Below, in pieces: positions 25,869-37,949 of a stretch of DNA of 59,560 bases. The position numbers and the translations under genes were made by a program. This DNA is from Octopus sinensis (Eukaryota), in contig NW_021834311.1 of NCBI RefSeq assembly GCF_006345805.1, forward strand, positions 1 to 59,560. The letters run 5' to 3'. How positions within the stretch are numbered: the stretch's first letter is position 1; every line of letters starts with the position of its first letter. The notes beneath the pieces were generated by a model. The model was given only the letters and a program-made list of their open reading frames with translations, was not told where the DNA came from and searched no databases.

Positions 25869-27061
25869 ATGAAAATTGAAAAAGTGCCTTCAAAAATCGC
25901 TTCGATAATATTTTACGTCATAAAATAATATTTTCTCCATATATGATATTAAATATAAATATATAATATTAAATATAAATAATACTCTTAAATATGAATA
26001 TATAATATTAAATATAAATATTAATATTAAATATAAATATATACTCTTAAGTATGAATATTAAATATGAATATATAATATTCTTTTCTCTAGGCACAAGG
26101 TCGGAAATGTTGAGGGTGGGCGCCAGTCGATTAGATTGACCCCAGTACGCAACTGGTATCTAATTCATCCATCCCGAAAGGATGAAAGCAAAGTCGACCT
26201 CGACGGAATATAAATATATAATTTTGAATATAAATATTCAATATATTTGCTTGTTAAGAAACTATATTTGTACCTTTTGGTTCAACACTATGCAACCGAG
26301 AGACTGCATAATCCACAATAATATAATCTTAAATGTTTAGTTTTCGGCTTTTTTTATTACTCTATATCTGTATCCTATGACCCGTCGTAACATTTCTATT
26401 TAGCCTATTGCTTGAAACACAGGAAAACAGAAAATGTTGTTTTGATTTGAAACTGTGTTGATATTCTTTCTTATTGCCACTTTAATGTTATCAATGTAAG
26501 CCTTAAAATTGTTGAATAAAGGATTAAATCTGACTTATTGCTGCCTTTGTTTTTTTAGATGAAATAATGTAATACTGTAGTCTAAGTTCAAATACGGCCT
26601 GGAGGGGCAGTGATTTCATCTCTTATTTTAAACATGCCACTATAAAGTTGAAAACCTGCAAGATATATCCAACTGATAAGATTTATAATCGTTTATCTAA
26701 TTAACATTATTAGGTCTTTCAACTCTCGTTGTTCTAGCAATGAATGTTTCACAAACAATTATATTCCATCTGTCTTTTACACATTCATGTCTACTTTCAC
26801 TGCACAAATGTCACAACAACACGTGACTGCACATGCCAAAATGTCTACATTGAAGTTAGACTAGTTAGGCTGCAATATATCGGTATCCAACGTATTTTAA
26901 CATCCGAGGATACAAGTCTCCCCACTGAACGAGATGCCTGATTGTCGTAAGATTAAACCACGGTTGTTGCTGGTACTCCTTTTCAGATGAGTGCACTGAA
27001 AGTGTCTTTCTCGTGGATACAACGCACCGAACCAATGGCCATGCACCTTTATATACATATA

Positions 27062-27750
27062 CTGGGTTAGCAAAAAAGTGCGTAGCGTTTTTTAAGTAAA
27101 ATTCATTTACAATAATCAGGTAGCTGTACATACCTTTACTCAACTACATATTTTCCATTTTACTCCACTACCTTTCGCCATCTCTAAGGCAGCTTCACGA
27201 TCCCTTCCTCCCAGCACTTGGTATCATTCTGGCTGTTGAATCGATGTAAGATTTTATAGAACTGAACTTCTTCACAGCAAGGATCAGAATAGATGATAAT
27301 CAGAAATTGCAAGGTCAGGTGAGTATGGTGGGTAGGGTTGGACATTCCATCCAAGCTGTGCCAATTTCTGCCTGGTCTGCAAAGAAACGTGTGGTCTAGC
27401 GTTGTCCGGATGTAAGACGATACCTTTTCGGTTGGACAATTCCGGACGATTTTCATCAATTGCCTCCTTTTATCAGTCTAATCTGGAACAATAGTAGTCT
27501 GAAAGTAACGTCTGATTTTGTGAACGTAGCTCGTAATATAAAATACCCTTCCAATCTCACCAGATATAGAGCATCACCTTCTTTGGAGACATTTTGTCTT
27601 ATGGTGACAAAATTATTTTTCCATAACTGCAGGACAATAGTCAATGATCCTGAGCCGGTGAACATGGTTCAAAACTCAATAACAGCCTCGATACAAACGA
27701 TAGAGTAGTAAGAGACATTTTCGACGAGAAGCCCAATATGAGAATTTTGC
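27062..27750 (-). mobile_element. Decayed mariner element
   Basis: End TA|CTGGGTTAGCAAAAAAGTGCG; minus-strand mariner-like fragments (EKVSSYIRTTLDHTF, WEEGIVKLP). Confidence 0.55.
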
Positions 27751-27756
27751 CCATTC

Positions 27757-28170
27757 TGTTTCTTTATTGCCCACAAGGGGCTAAACATAGAGGGGACAAA
27801 CAAGGACAGAGAAACGGATTAAGTCGATTAGATCGACCCCTGTGCGTAACTGGTACTTAATTTATCGACCCCGAATGGATGAAAGGCAAAGTCGACCTCG
27901 GCGGAATTTGAACTCAGAACGTAACGGCAGACGAAAAACCTATTTCTTTACTACCCAGAAGGGGCTAAACACAGAGAGGACAAACAAGGACAGACAAACG
28001 GATTAAGTCGATTAGATCGACCCCAGTGCGTAACTGGTACTTAATTTATCGACCCCGAAAAGATGAAAGGCAAAGTCGACCTCGGCAGAATTTGAACTCA
28101 GAACATAACGGCAGACGAAATACGGCTACGCATTTCACCCGGCGTGCTAACGTTTCTGCCAGCTCGCCGC
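27757..28170 (-). mobile_element. tRNA-derived SINE with one head and two ~184-bp bodies
   Basis: Head GGCGAGCTGGCAGAAACGTTAGCACGCCGG, B-box GTTCAAATTC, core GCCTTTCATC..TCGGGGTCGATAAATTAAGTACC (resembles the Meta-domain core), tail GCCCCTTGTGGGCAATAAAGAAA. Confidence 0.85.
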
Positions 28171-29048
28171 CTTGAATTTTGCCCATTCATACAGGATACT
28201 TACACAGATTAGTAGCTTGAACAATACCTGCTCTGTTTCAGTTTGTGCTAACTTATCTTTGCGGATCAGATGTTCGCAAGTCTGTGGCGAATGAAAACAA
28301 AGTATCGAAGTAAATCGAAAATTAAAACGATCTACGCCATGCGTATACGATGACTCTTTCGCAAAGAAGTGGAGAACGAAGACAATAAAAAAGAAATCCA
28401 ACAATGACAGGTTTCTCATTGACTGTGACCTTCATCTGAATAAAATAAACGACAAAGTCCTGGTATTTTATTGAACATTTTCTTTATTGAAATATGTTTT
28501 AGTAACTTCAGTTTGTTAAATAAACCATTACGTTATCCACTTCCATTCTACGAATCTGTAATTAAGATCGTTCCGCTGACCTCCCTGAATGGGGGGGAGC
28601 GAGCCTGTTTTCTCTCGGTAGTTGCTGTGGCGATAGAGATAGAATGGAAGACGAGAGTGAAAGGAATTGCAACAGGCATGTTTATCTCCAGTCTCGAGCT
28701 AATCGACTTTTTCGTTTTCCACATGAAACGGGAAAATAAGGCTGGAGAAGAAATGCCTGTCGCAAAGTGTGTTTCGTAAAAGATGGAAGTCTATAGCAAG
28801 TATGTTGCGAGTGAAAGAACCTGTTTAATCAAGAATGTGAAAAAGAAGAAAGCAAAGTCTTCAGTGTGAGTCTGTGGTTTGTGGAGTCGACTGCGTCCTC
28901 CGCTTCATTTTTTTGTTAATCACTCATTCTCATTTAACTGTATATATTTTAATTGTTTGTTTATTCATACATTTCGTCCCATTCGATACCCTGACCCCAA
29001 CGTTTGTTTTGTCTGTCCTCGTATCGTCCCCTCTTTTCCTCAAACTTA

Positions 29049-29429
29049 TCTTTATATATAAAAGTGAAGTTGTGTGTCTGTCTACTCCGATTTAGATTCC
29101 TAACTACTCCAACATTTTGCGGTGCAGTTTAACCAAATTCGGGTATCTTATAGTCGTGATTCATATCGAGCCCTTCTGGGTATTAGTGCGCGTCTACGAT
29201 GAGTCTACGATTTTAAAAATAATTTAACATAATTTTTTTCCATTTTAACGCATATTTTTTTAATAAAGGGAAGTAACTCTCTAAAATGTCTACGATGAGT
29301 CAACGATTTTAAAAAAAATTTACCATAATTTCTTTTCTATTTTTAATGCATCTTTTGGCTATAACTCTCTAAAAATGCCTTATAGTTATTTCCCTTACAA
29401 ACCCGAGTAACGCCGGGCGATACTGCTAG
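29049..29429 (+). mobile_element. Complete non-autonomous Helitron
   Basis: A|TC 5' end, subterminal hairpin CCCG-AGTAACGC-CGGG at 29402-29417, CTAG|T 3' end. Same family at 57127-57514 and from 57679. Confidence 0.8.
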
Positions 29430-29709
29430 TGGTGAATAAGGAAATAGTCTACATATTTAACGCATTTAAACAAACATTATAGAAACTAGAGAACTATAGA
29501 ACGAAATCCAAGACATAATCTATTAGACATGCAAGAGTTTATGTTATTCGCTAGTCATTAGGTCGACAAACTTTGGAACAAGATTAAAGACAATAATCTA
29601 TTATATGGAGAAATTATGATGCAACGAAAAACTCGCGTTAGTTATGTGAAAGACAGTTACTATTTGTCTAACTTCACTAGCATCACACCATACATACATA
29701 CATATATAA

Positions 29710-30355
29710 TGGCTGCCCCCTCGTTATCGAGTATGGCCATTGCACGAAGCTTAACTGTTATTGGTGCTGTGATCGAATGTGGCTTTTATTTGCTTTTTTA
29801 GGCTACAGCCCGCCATTCAGTTGAGACTCACAGCACCATCAACAATCATGAACAATGTTGTTATCGTGCAATGCCTGTGTAAGAAGATTTTTTTTAAGTG
29901 AGGAAAGGCTGTGCACTGAGTCAATCCCACTCACTAAGCAACAGGAGCCATAATCCGAAAAGAAGAACAAGTCAACATCATCGGTAACCACTGAGCCGCA
30001 GATTTTAGTTTGGAGTTATCCCAGTTACCTGAGTTACCTTCTCCTAGAAGGATGCCCTATTAAAGGCTAGGAGTCCTTCACTCCCAATGGTTTAACCGCG
30101 CGATCGGGTATTCAGTCCAATTATTTCTATGTCCCCGCGCATGATACAGCCCTGAGACATTTATTGGATGGCCGTTGACTCTCAAGAGTTCCTCCGCCCT
30201 TTGACGGGTTTTGTTTTTCATCCCGTAGGGTGTCCAGTAAACACCCTCCTCACCAAGTAAGCTTGGTGGGGTTGCCGGTTTAGTCGCCGACGGCCCGATC
30301 ATGCAACAGGTTGTACTGGGTTACATGTTACCAGTAGCACTCGAAAGTGACCTGA
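29710..30355 (-). mobile_element. Probable RTE-type LINE 5' fragments
   Basis: GC-richer repeat-like segment resembling RTE 5' regions; no intact ORF. Family call is from memory only. Confidence 0.35.
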
Positions 30356-30925
30356 CATATACACGCATACATACATACATACATACATACGTACACACAT
30401 ACACACATACATACATACATACATACATACATACATCCTGTTGTAATGTGGGTTTCTCCCACCAGTGTGATGTGTGACTGCCATTGTATGGTAGTTACTG
30501 TTTTACACTAGTAGCCACAATAGTAACTAGTCATCGGATACCGTTGTATCTCTTGTACTGGAATAGTAATACAGGAACTACCTCTTGCCATTTTTGTACA
30601 TTATTAGGATCTTTTCCTTTTGAAGGCCAGATTTCAACACAATTTCTATTTAACTAAACACTTTAAAACTTCATATACTGGTAGAATGTGTCAAAAGAAA
30701 ACATTATTTTCACTTGGCTTTCTTGATAAATTTGTAATTCGTTTGTTTAACGTAGTTTAATTTTTCGAATTTTAACCAATCCTATGCTCTCTTTTGAGCT
30801 AAAATCATTTGCTGCGTCTAAAACTGAGACAACATCCTGTCACTAACCCTAACCCTCACCTTAACCCTAATTTTTTTTTCTTAATTGTTAAATTAATCTA
30901 ATTGTTACGCGTGTAAAAAAAACTA

Positions 30926-31089
30926 AAGCAATGGAAAATAATTTAAACAATTAACATACAAAATAATTCTATAATTTTTATACACACGCTTTCCGTAACA
31001 CACGCTTTCCGTATACGTACGGAAAGCGTGTGTATAAAAATTATAGAATTATTTTGTATGTTAATTGTTTAAATTATTTTCCATTGCTT
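30926..31089. repeat. Palindrome with ~72-bp exact arms and a 16-bp direct duplication at the centre
   Basis: AAGCAATGGAAAATAATT...ACACACGCTTTCCGTA ACACACGCTTTCCGTA TACG TACGGAAAGCGTGTGT...AATTATTTTCCATTGCTT. Confidence 0.9.
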
Positions 31090-31260
31090 AGATGACGCTT
31101 CCACGAGAGATTTTGAGCTCTCATAACGAGGCGAGTGTAGGTTCCATCCAACCGCCTCTCAAGCTTCTTCGACAACGTCCAGGTTTCTGAGCCATATAGT
31201 AGAAGTGGTTCGACTGTGGCTTGAAAGGAACAGGGTTTCAAGACGTCGATGAAATCCAAG
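31090..31260 (-). mobile_element. RTE LINE RT C-terminal fragment
   Basis: FQATVEPLLLYGSETWTLSKKLERRLDGTYTRLVMRAQNLSWKRH. Confidence 0.8.
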
Positions 31261-31367
31261 GAAATGCGACGAGGCAGCCGCTCGCTATTCCCAAAATGGA
31301 GATGCAGGAATGGTCCCATCAAGGGAAACGACGCTGGATAAAGTGTGTGTCTGCGAAAGAGACTAAA

Positions 31368-34022
31368 TGACGAGCTGGCGGAATCGTTAGCACGCCGGGC
31401 GAAATGCTTAGTGGTAGCTCGTCCGCCGCTACGTTCTGAGTTCAAATTCCGCCGAGGTCAACTTTGCCTTTCATCCTTTCGGGGTCGATTAAATAAGTAC
31501 CAGTTACGCAGTTACTGACTAAACTCTTGTGGGTAGTAAAGAAATAGGTATTTCGTCTGCCGTTACGTTCTGAGTTCAAATTCCGCCGAGGCCGACTTTG
31601 CCTTTCATCCTTTAGGGGTCGATTAAATAAGTACCAGTTACGCAGTTACTGACTAAACTATTGTGGGTAGTAAAGAAATAGGTATTTCGTCTGCCGTTAC
31701 GTTCTGAGTTCAAATTCCGCCGAGGCCGACTTTGCCTTTCATCCTTTCGGGGTCGATTAAATAAGTACCAGTTACGCAGTTACTGACTAAACTCTTGTGG
31801 GTAGTAAAGAAATAGGTATTTCGTCTGCCGTTACGTTCTCAGTTCAAATTCTGCCGAGGTCAACTTTGCCTTTCATCCTTTCGGGGTCGATTAAATAAGT
31901 ACCAGTTACGCACTGGAGTCGATATAATCGACTTAATCCGTTTGTCTGTCCTTGTTTGTCCTCTCTGGGTTTAGCCCCTTGTGGGTAGTAAAGAAATAGG
32001 TATTTCATCTGCCGTTACGTTCTCAGTTCAAATTCTGCCGAGGTCAACTTTGCCTTTCATCCTTTCGGGGTCGATTAAATAAGTACCAGTTACGCACTGG
32101 AGTCGATATAATCGACTTAATCCGCTGGTCTGTCCTTGTTTGTCCTCTCTGTGTTTAGCCCCTTGTGGGTAGTAAAGAAATAGGTATTTCGTCTGCCGTT
32201 ACATTCTGAGTTCAAATTCCGCCGAGGTCATCTTTGCCTTTCATCCTTTCGGGGTTGATTAAATAAGTACCAGTTACGCACTGGAGTCGATATAATCGAC
32301 TTAATCCGTTTGTCTGTCCTTGTTTGTCCTCTCTGTGTTTAGCCCCTTGTGGGTAGTAAAGAAATAGGTATTTCGTCTGGCGTTACATTCTGAGTTCAAA
32401 TTCCGCCGAGGTCATCTTTGCCTTTCATCCTTTCGGGGTCGATTAAATAAGTACCATTTACGCACTGGAGTCGATATAATCGACTTAATCCGTTTGTCTG
32501 TCCTTGTTTGTCCTCTCTGGGTTTAGCCCCTTGTGGGTAGTAAAGAAATAGGTATTTCGTCTGCCGTTACGTTCTCAGTTCAAATTCTGCCGAGGTCAAC
32601 TTTGCCTTTCATCCTTTCGGGGTCGATTAAATAAGTACCAGTTACGCACTGGAGTCGATATAATCGACTTAATCCGTTTGTCTGTCCTTGTTTGTCCCGT
32701 CTGTGTTTAGCCCATTGTGGGTAGTTAAGAAATAGGTATTTCGTCTCCCGTTACGTTCTCAGTTCAAATTCTGCCGAGGTCAACTTTGCCTTTGATCCTT
32801 TCGGGGTCGATTAAATAAGTACCAGTTACGCACTGGAGTCGATATAGTCGACTTAATCCGTTTGTCTGTCCTTGTTTGTCCTCTCTGTGTTTAGCCCCTT
32901 GTGGGTAGTAAAGAAATAGGTATTTCGTCTGCCATTACGTTCTGAGTTCAAATTCTGCCGAGCTCAACTTTGCCTTTCATCCTTTCGGGGTCGATTAACT
33001 AAGTACCAGTTACGCACTGGAGTCGATATAATCGACTTAATCCGTTTGTCTGTCCTTGTTTGTCCTCTCTGTGTTTAGCCCCTTGTGGGTAGTAAAGAAA
33101 TAGGTATTTCGTCTGCCGTTACGTTCTCAGTTCAAATTCTGCCGAGGTCAACTTTGCCTTTGATCCTTTCGGGGTCGATTAAATAAGTACCAGTTACGCA
33201 CTGGAGTCGATATAGTCGACTTAATCCGTTTGTCTGTCCTTGTTTGTCCTCTCTGTGTTTAGCTCCTTGTGGGTAGTAAAGAAATAGGTATTTCGTCTGC
33301 CATTACGTTCTGAGTTCAAATTCTGCCGAGGTCAACTTTGCCTTTCATCCTTTCGGGGTCGATTAACTAAGTACCAGTTACGCACTGGAGTCGATATAAT
33401 CGACTTAATCCGTTTGTCTGTCCTTGTTTGTCCTCTCTGTGTTTAGCCCCTTGTGGGTAGTAAAGAAATAGGTATTTCGTCTGCCGTTACATTCTGAGTT
33501 CAAATTCTGCCGAGGTCAACTTTGTCTTTCATCCTTTCGGGGTCGATTAAATAAGTACCAGTTACGCACTGGAGTCGATATAATCGACTTAATCCGTTTG
33601 TCTGTCCTTGTTTGTCCTCTCTGGGTTTAGCCCCTTGTGGGTAGTAAAGAAATAGGTATTTCGTCTGCCGTTACGTTCTCAGTTCAAATTCTGCCGAGGT
33701 CAACTTTGCCTTTCATCCTTTCGGGGTCGATTAAATAAGTACCAGTTACGCACTGGAGTCGATATAATCGACTTAATCCGTTTGTCTGTCCTTGTTGTGT
33801 CCCGTCTGTGTTTAGCCCCTTGTGGGTAGTAAAGAAATAGGTATTTCGTCTGCCGTTACGTTCTGAGTTCAAATTCTGCCGAGGTCAACTTTGCCTTTCA
33901 TCCTTTCGGGGTCGATTAAATAAGTACTAGTTACGCACTGGAGTCGATATAGTCGACTTAATCCGTTTGTCTGTCCTTGTTTGTCCTCTCTGTGTTTAGC
34001 CCCTTGTGGGCAATAAGGAAAT
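31368..34022 (+). repeat. SINE-derived tandem array: one tRNA-like head followed by 15 bodies (three of ~135 bp, then ~184 bp)
   Basis: 14 junctions AAGAAATA|GGTATTTC; the last unit ends GTGGGCAATAAGGAAAT; same family as 27757-28170. Confidence 0.9.
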
Positions 34023-34500
34023 CGGTTTACTATGTCGTTTGTTACAATCTATTTATAAACAACCCGGTGCTGTGAATAACTTAATGCCCCGCCCAGCCTG
34101 AACACTGATCGGTCAAGGATATACACTGCACACAAAAGAGAGGTCTTGACCACGTGTAATATAATACGTTTTTCTGTCAAATATAACGAGCATGCCTCAT
34201 GATCATGGATTGCGTACGCTTACAAACTTGCAAGACTTTACTGACCTATTTAAAGAACTTAAGTAATTTATCATTGTATATGTGAAAACAAAGACTAGAC
34301 ACCCACGCACATGCAATGGTCTTACGGGAGGGTTATGCACCCGCCGATACTTGGTGGGAACTAGAAAATTTTCAAGGATTAAAAATAGACGCATCGTGAA
34401 TGTTTTCTTTAGCTGTGCACATTTAATGTAAAAATTTGATTTTAGTAGTTAGGGTCACACCTGAGACAGGGGCAAGATGCTCAAGTAAGGGTAACCCATC

Positions 34501-34850
34501 TCGCCACTGAACGACCACTGTAATACGAAGGACGTCGTACACGAGGTAAAGGTAACAGCAATAGGATTAAATAGACAACCAAACATGCAAAAGTACATTG
34601 GAGCAACTGAAGGCCCCTTCAGACCCTGCTATAACAACCACAAGTCTTTCCGCATCTAGGAGAGATGTAATTCCACAACCCTGGCCAAGCACGTATGGTC
34701 GTTGAAAGACAGCGTCACCAAGAATAACATAAAGTGGAGGATTCTAGAGAAATGTAAAGCGTACTTCAATAGCAGCAGAAAGTGCAGATTATGTCTGGCT
34801 GAGAAAGGATCGATATTAAAGAGATCCCGGCCGCTGTGCTTCTGACGTCC
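34501..34850 (+). mobile_element. Penelope-like GIY-YIG endonuclease remnant
   Basis: SPLNDHCNTKDVVHEV...KYIGATEGPF..YNNHKSFR...STTLAKHVWSLKD...IKWRILEKCKAY....KCRLCLAEK, with one in-frame stop. Confidence 0.8.
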
Positions 34851-35099
34851 ATACTTTATGATGTGTGCCGCTGAAACCCATACTTTATGATATGTGCCGC
34901 TGATGTGCATACTTTATGAAATGTGCCGCTGACGTCCATATTTTAGCTGTTATTGCTATTATTATTGTAATTGTTGTTATTGAATTTACGTCGCCCAGGA
35001 GTTATTTCTTTTCCCTTCTCTCTTCTCTTTATGTGTGCGGTTGTTGCGAATATTTGTGTGCGGCTTATATTTACGGTGGTGATCCTCCCTGCATCGACC

Positions 35100-35114
35100 T
35101 TCTATCTATCTATC

Positions 35115-35178
<64 letters not shown>

Positions 35179-35207
35179 CATCCATACATCCATCCATCCA
35201 TCCATCC

Positions 35208-35262
<55 letters not shown>

Positions 35263-35310
35263 CATCCATCCATCCATCATCCATCCATCCATCCATCCAA
35301 CCATCCATCC

Positions 35311-35378
<68 letters not shown>

Positions 35379-35627
35379 GTCTGTCTGTCTGTCTGTCTGC
35401 CTATCTATCTGTCTACCTGTATGTCTGTCTCTCTGCCTGTCTGTCTATCTATCTGTCCGACCGTCTGTCTATCTGTCTGTCTGTCTTTTTTTTTTGTCTT
35501 ACCCTCCCTTTTGATCAGAATTTTATTTTTCTCTTTTTTTTCCCGAAAAGAAAAGCTCTACATTGTATTTTGTCCCCTCTGTGTTCCGCCCTGTGTGGCT
35601 AATAAAGAAAGATATCTATATATCTAG

Positions 35628-35669
<42 letters not shown>

Positions 35670-35706
35670 CTATCTGTCTTTCTGTCTGTCTAGCTAGCCA
35701 CACACT

Positions 35707-35741
<35 letters not shown>

Positions 35742-35812
35742 CCATCCATCCATCCTTCCATCCATCCATACATACATACATGCATACATACATACATACA
35801 TACATACATACA

Positions 35813-35848
<36 letters not shown>

Positions 35849-35870
35849 TACATACCTATATGCTTTCGTT
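35100..35870. repeat. Compound tetranucleotide microsatellites (TATC)n/(CATC)n/(TGTC)n/(CATA)n
   Basis: Directly visible; they generate the YLSI and HPSI pseudo-ORFs. Confidence 0.95.
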
Positions 35871-36318
35871 TGCACGCACTCGAGTGCGCACGCATACACA
35901 TTTTTTAAAATTAGTAACTCCAAGTTTCACGCTATCTATATTCGTATTCGTATCATCATTACGATTCATTTCCGCTACAAAAACAAATGCGTGGGAGATA
36001 TCTCATAGATGTCTATATAACATTAATAAATGAACATATCTCTTTACTGTAGATATCGTACAGCAAAGAGATATTAGCAAGAGAAATACCCCCATACGAA
36101 ATATCCACATATGGGATATCCATAGACGAGATAATTAGAGATGAAATATCCAAAAATGAGGTATTCAGAGAAGAGCTATCCAAAGATTTCATAATTACAT
36201 ATGTATTACAGTTCTATATTGAAGAAATAAGGAATTATGAACATTATTTACATTTGACGGATATTTATCCTCATCTTGTTTATTCTTAACACAACGTTTC
36301 GGCTGATATACCCCCAAA

Positions 36319-36645
36319 GAGGCACAATGGCCCAGTGGTTAGGGCAGCGGACTCGCGGTCGTAGGATCGCGGTTTCGATTCCCAGACCGGGCGTTGTGAG
36401 TGTTTATTGAGCGAAAACACCTAAAGCTCCACGAGGCTCCGGCAGGGATGGTGGTGACCCCTGCTGTACTCTTTCACCACAACTTTCTCTCACTCTTACT
36501 TCCTGTACTGTTGTACCTGTATTTCAAAGGGCCGGCCTTGTCACTCTCTGTGTCACGCTGAATATCCCCGAGAACTACGTTAAGGGTACACGTGTCTGTG
36601 GAGTGCTCAGTCACTTACACGTTAATTTCACGAGCAGGCTGTGAA
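36319..36645 (+). mobile_element. Young tRNA-derived SINE
   Basis: Head GAGGCACAATGGCCCAGTGGTTAGGGCAGCGGACTCGCGG...TTCGATTCCCAGACC continues into a non-tRNA body; a decayed relative lies at 9972-10125. Confidence 0.8.
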
Positions 36646-36664
36646 ATACATACATACATACATG

Positions 36665-36746
<82 letters not shown>

Positions 36747-36971
36747 ATTATCTATAGACGTTACAATTGTTTCGACACATTTTTACACTTGATCATTGGT
36801 GAGATGTTGTGTAATCATTATCACCAATTCGAGGTGTGAAATGCACCTTCTTTGAGTAAGACTTTATACGAGCTTTATATAGCATTCCACAAGGGTTTTA
36901 CCCGTATATTTACTCGCGTATGTGTGTATATGTATAAAAGCGGAGCAAGAGTGCACACGAAGACGGAAAGT

Positions 36972-37014
36972 GTCGCTGAAGAGTTCACAGAGGTGTGACG
37001 AAAGATTTCCGGAC
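36972..37014 (+). ncRNA. Candidate minimal hammerhead ribozyme motif
   Basis: GUCG-CUGAAGA-GUUCAC(AGAG)GUGUGAC-GAAA-GAUU-UC-CGGAC; stem I is weak. Confidence 0.4.
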
Positions 37015-37368
37015 GATAAACATAAATTAGAATAAGAACGGTAATAAATGAGTGAAAAGGGAATTATATAGTGCGTCTGTTTATTTGGCAAAAAGAGTTT
37101 AAAAAATACAATATCTGTTTCAACGCACGGTTTAACATCAAGAATCTTGCAGCACATATATATATAAAAGGATATATTTACAGAAAACAACAAAAGACGA
37201 AGACAGGTGCAGGAATAACAAGCAGGTGCATTAGTTTGACTGAATATATATATAAAATATTAGGGAATAAATCCAAACTTACAGGGAAAAATCAGATTTA
37301 GGATTAAATCCAATTTTATAGTAAAATATTATTATTTGATTAAACCTTGCTAAGTTAAATATTTAAAT

Positions 37369-37431
37369 CACCTGAAGAATGACTGTAACTCGAAATTTTA
37401 AGAATTGGACAGCCATGAAACGATCGTAGTG
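37369..37431 (+). ncRNA. Minimal type I hammerhead ribozyme motif
   Basis: CAC-CUGAAGA-AUGACUGU...ACAGCCAU-GAAAC-GAUC-GUA-GUG; palindromic GAUC loop. Confidence 0.6.
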
Positions 37432-37858
37432 TTATACTAATTATCTTTTTTTAATAATTTTGATATATATTTAAAATAATATAAATTAATTAATCTTATG
37501 TATTGGCTTAAGTTTTTCATTGTATGATTTGCCTTATAGTGGTTTTATCTCTAATTTAATATAATATGATATATATATATAAATTAGAAAAAAAAACACC
37601 TTTTATCAGTTCATGATATATACGATTTATTTATTATTTTGCACATTACTTAATCATCGGTATATTATTGTTATTTTATATTTAATATTTCTATTATATG
37701 TAATTTTCTAGATGGTGTAATTTAATTGTTCATTTTGAATTGATAAAAGGTGATTTTTTCTAATTTTATATATATATATATATTATTATATTTCGTGAAA
37801 TTTGATTTAGTATTTCTAAATTGAATTTTTCCCTGTAAGTTATGTATAATATTCCCTC

Positions 37859-37930
<72 letters not shown>

Positions 37931-37949
37931 CACTGTATATATATATATT

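Noticed and set aside
30844-30870. TAACCC telomere-like repeats
   Set aside because: Only about four degenerate units inside an interspersed repeat; not a telomere.
31368-34022. Regularly spaced repeats that could be mistaken for a CRISPR array
   Set aside because: Whole units are repeated with no unique spacers; they are SINE bodies in a eukaryotic context with no cas genes.
36319-36395. tRNA gene
   Set aside because: No clean cloverleaf or acceptor stem; it continues into a SINE body with another copy in the window.
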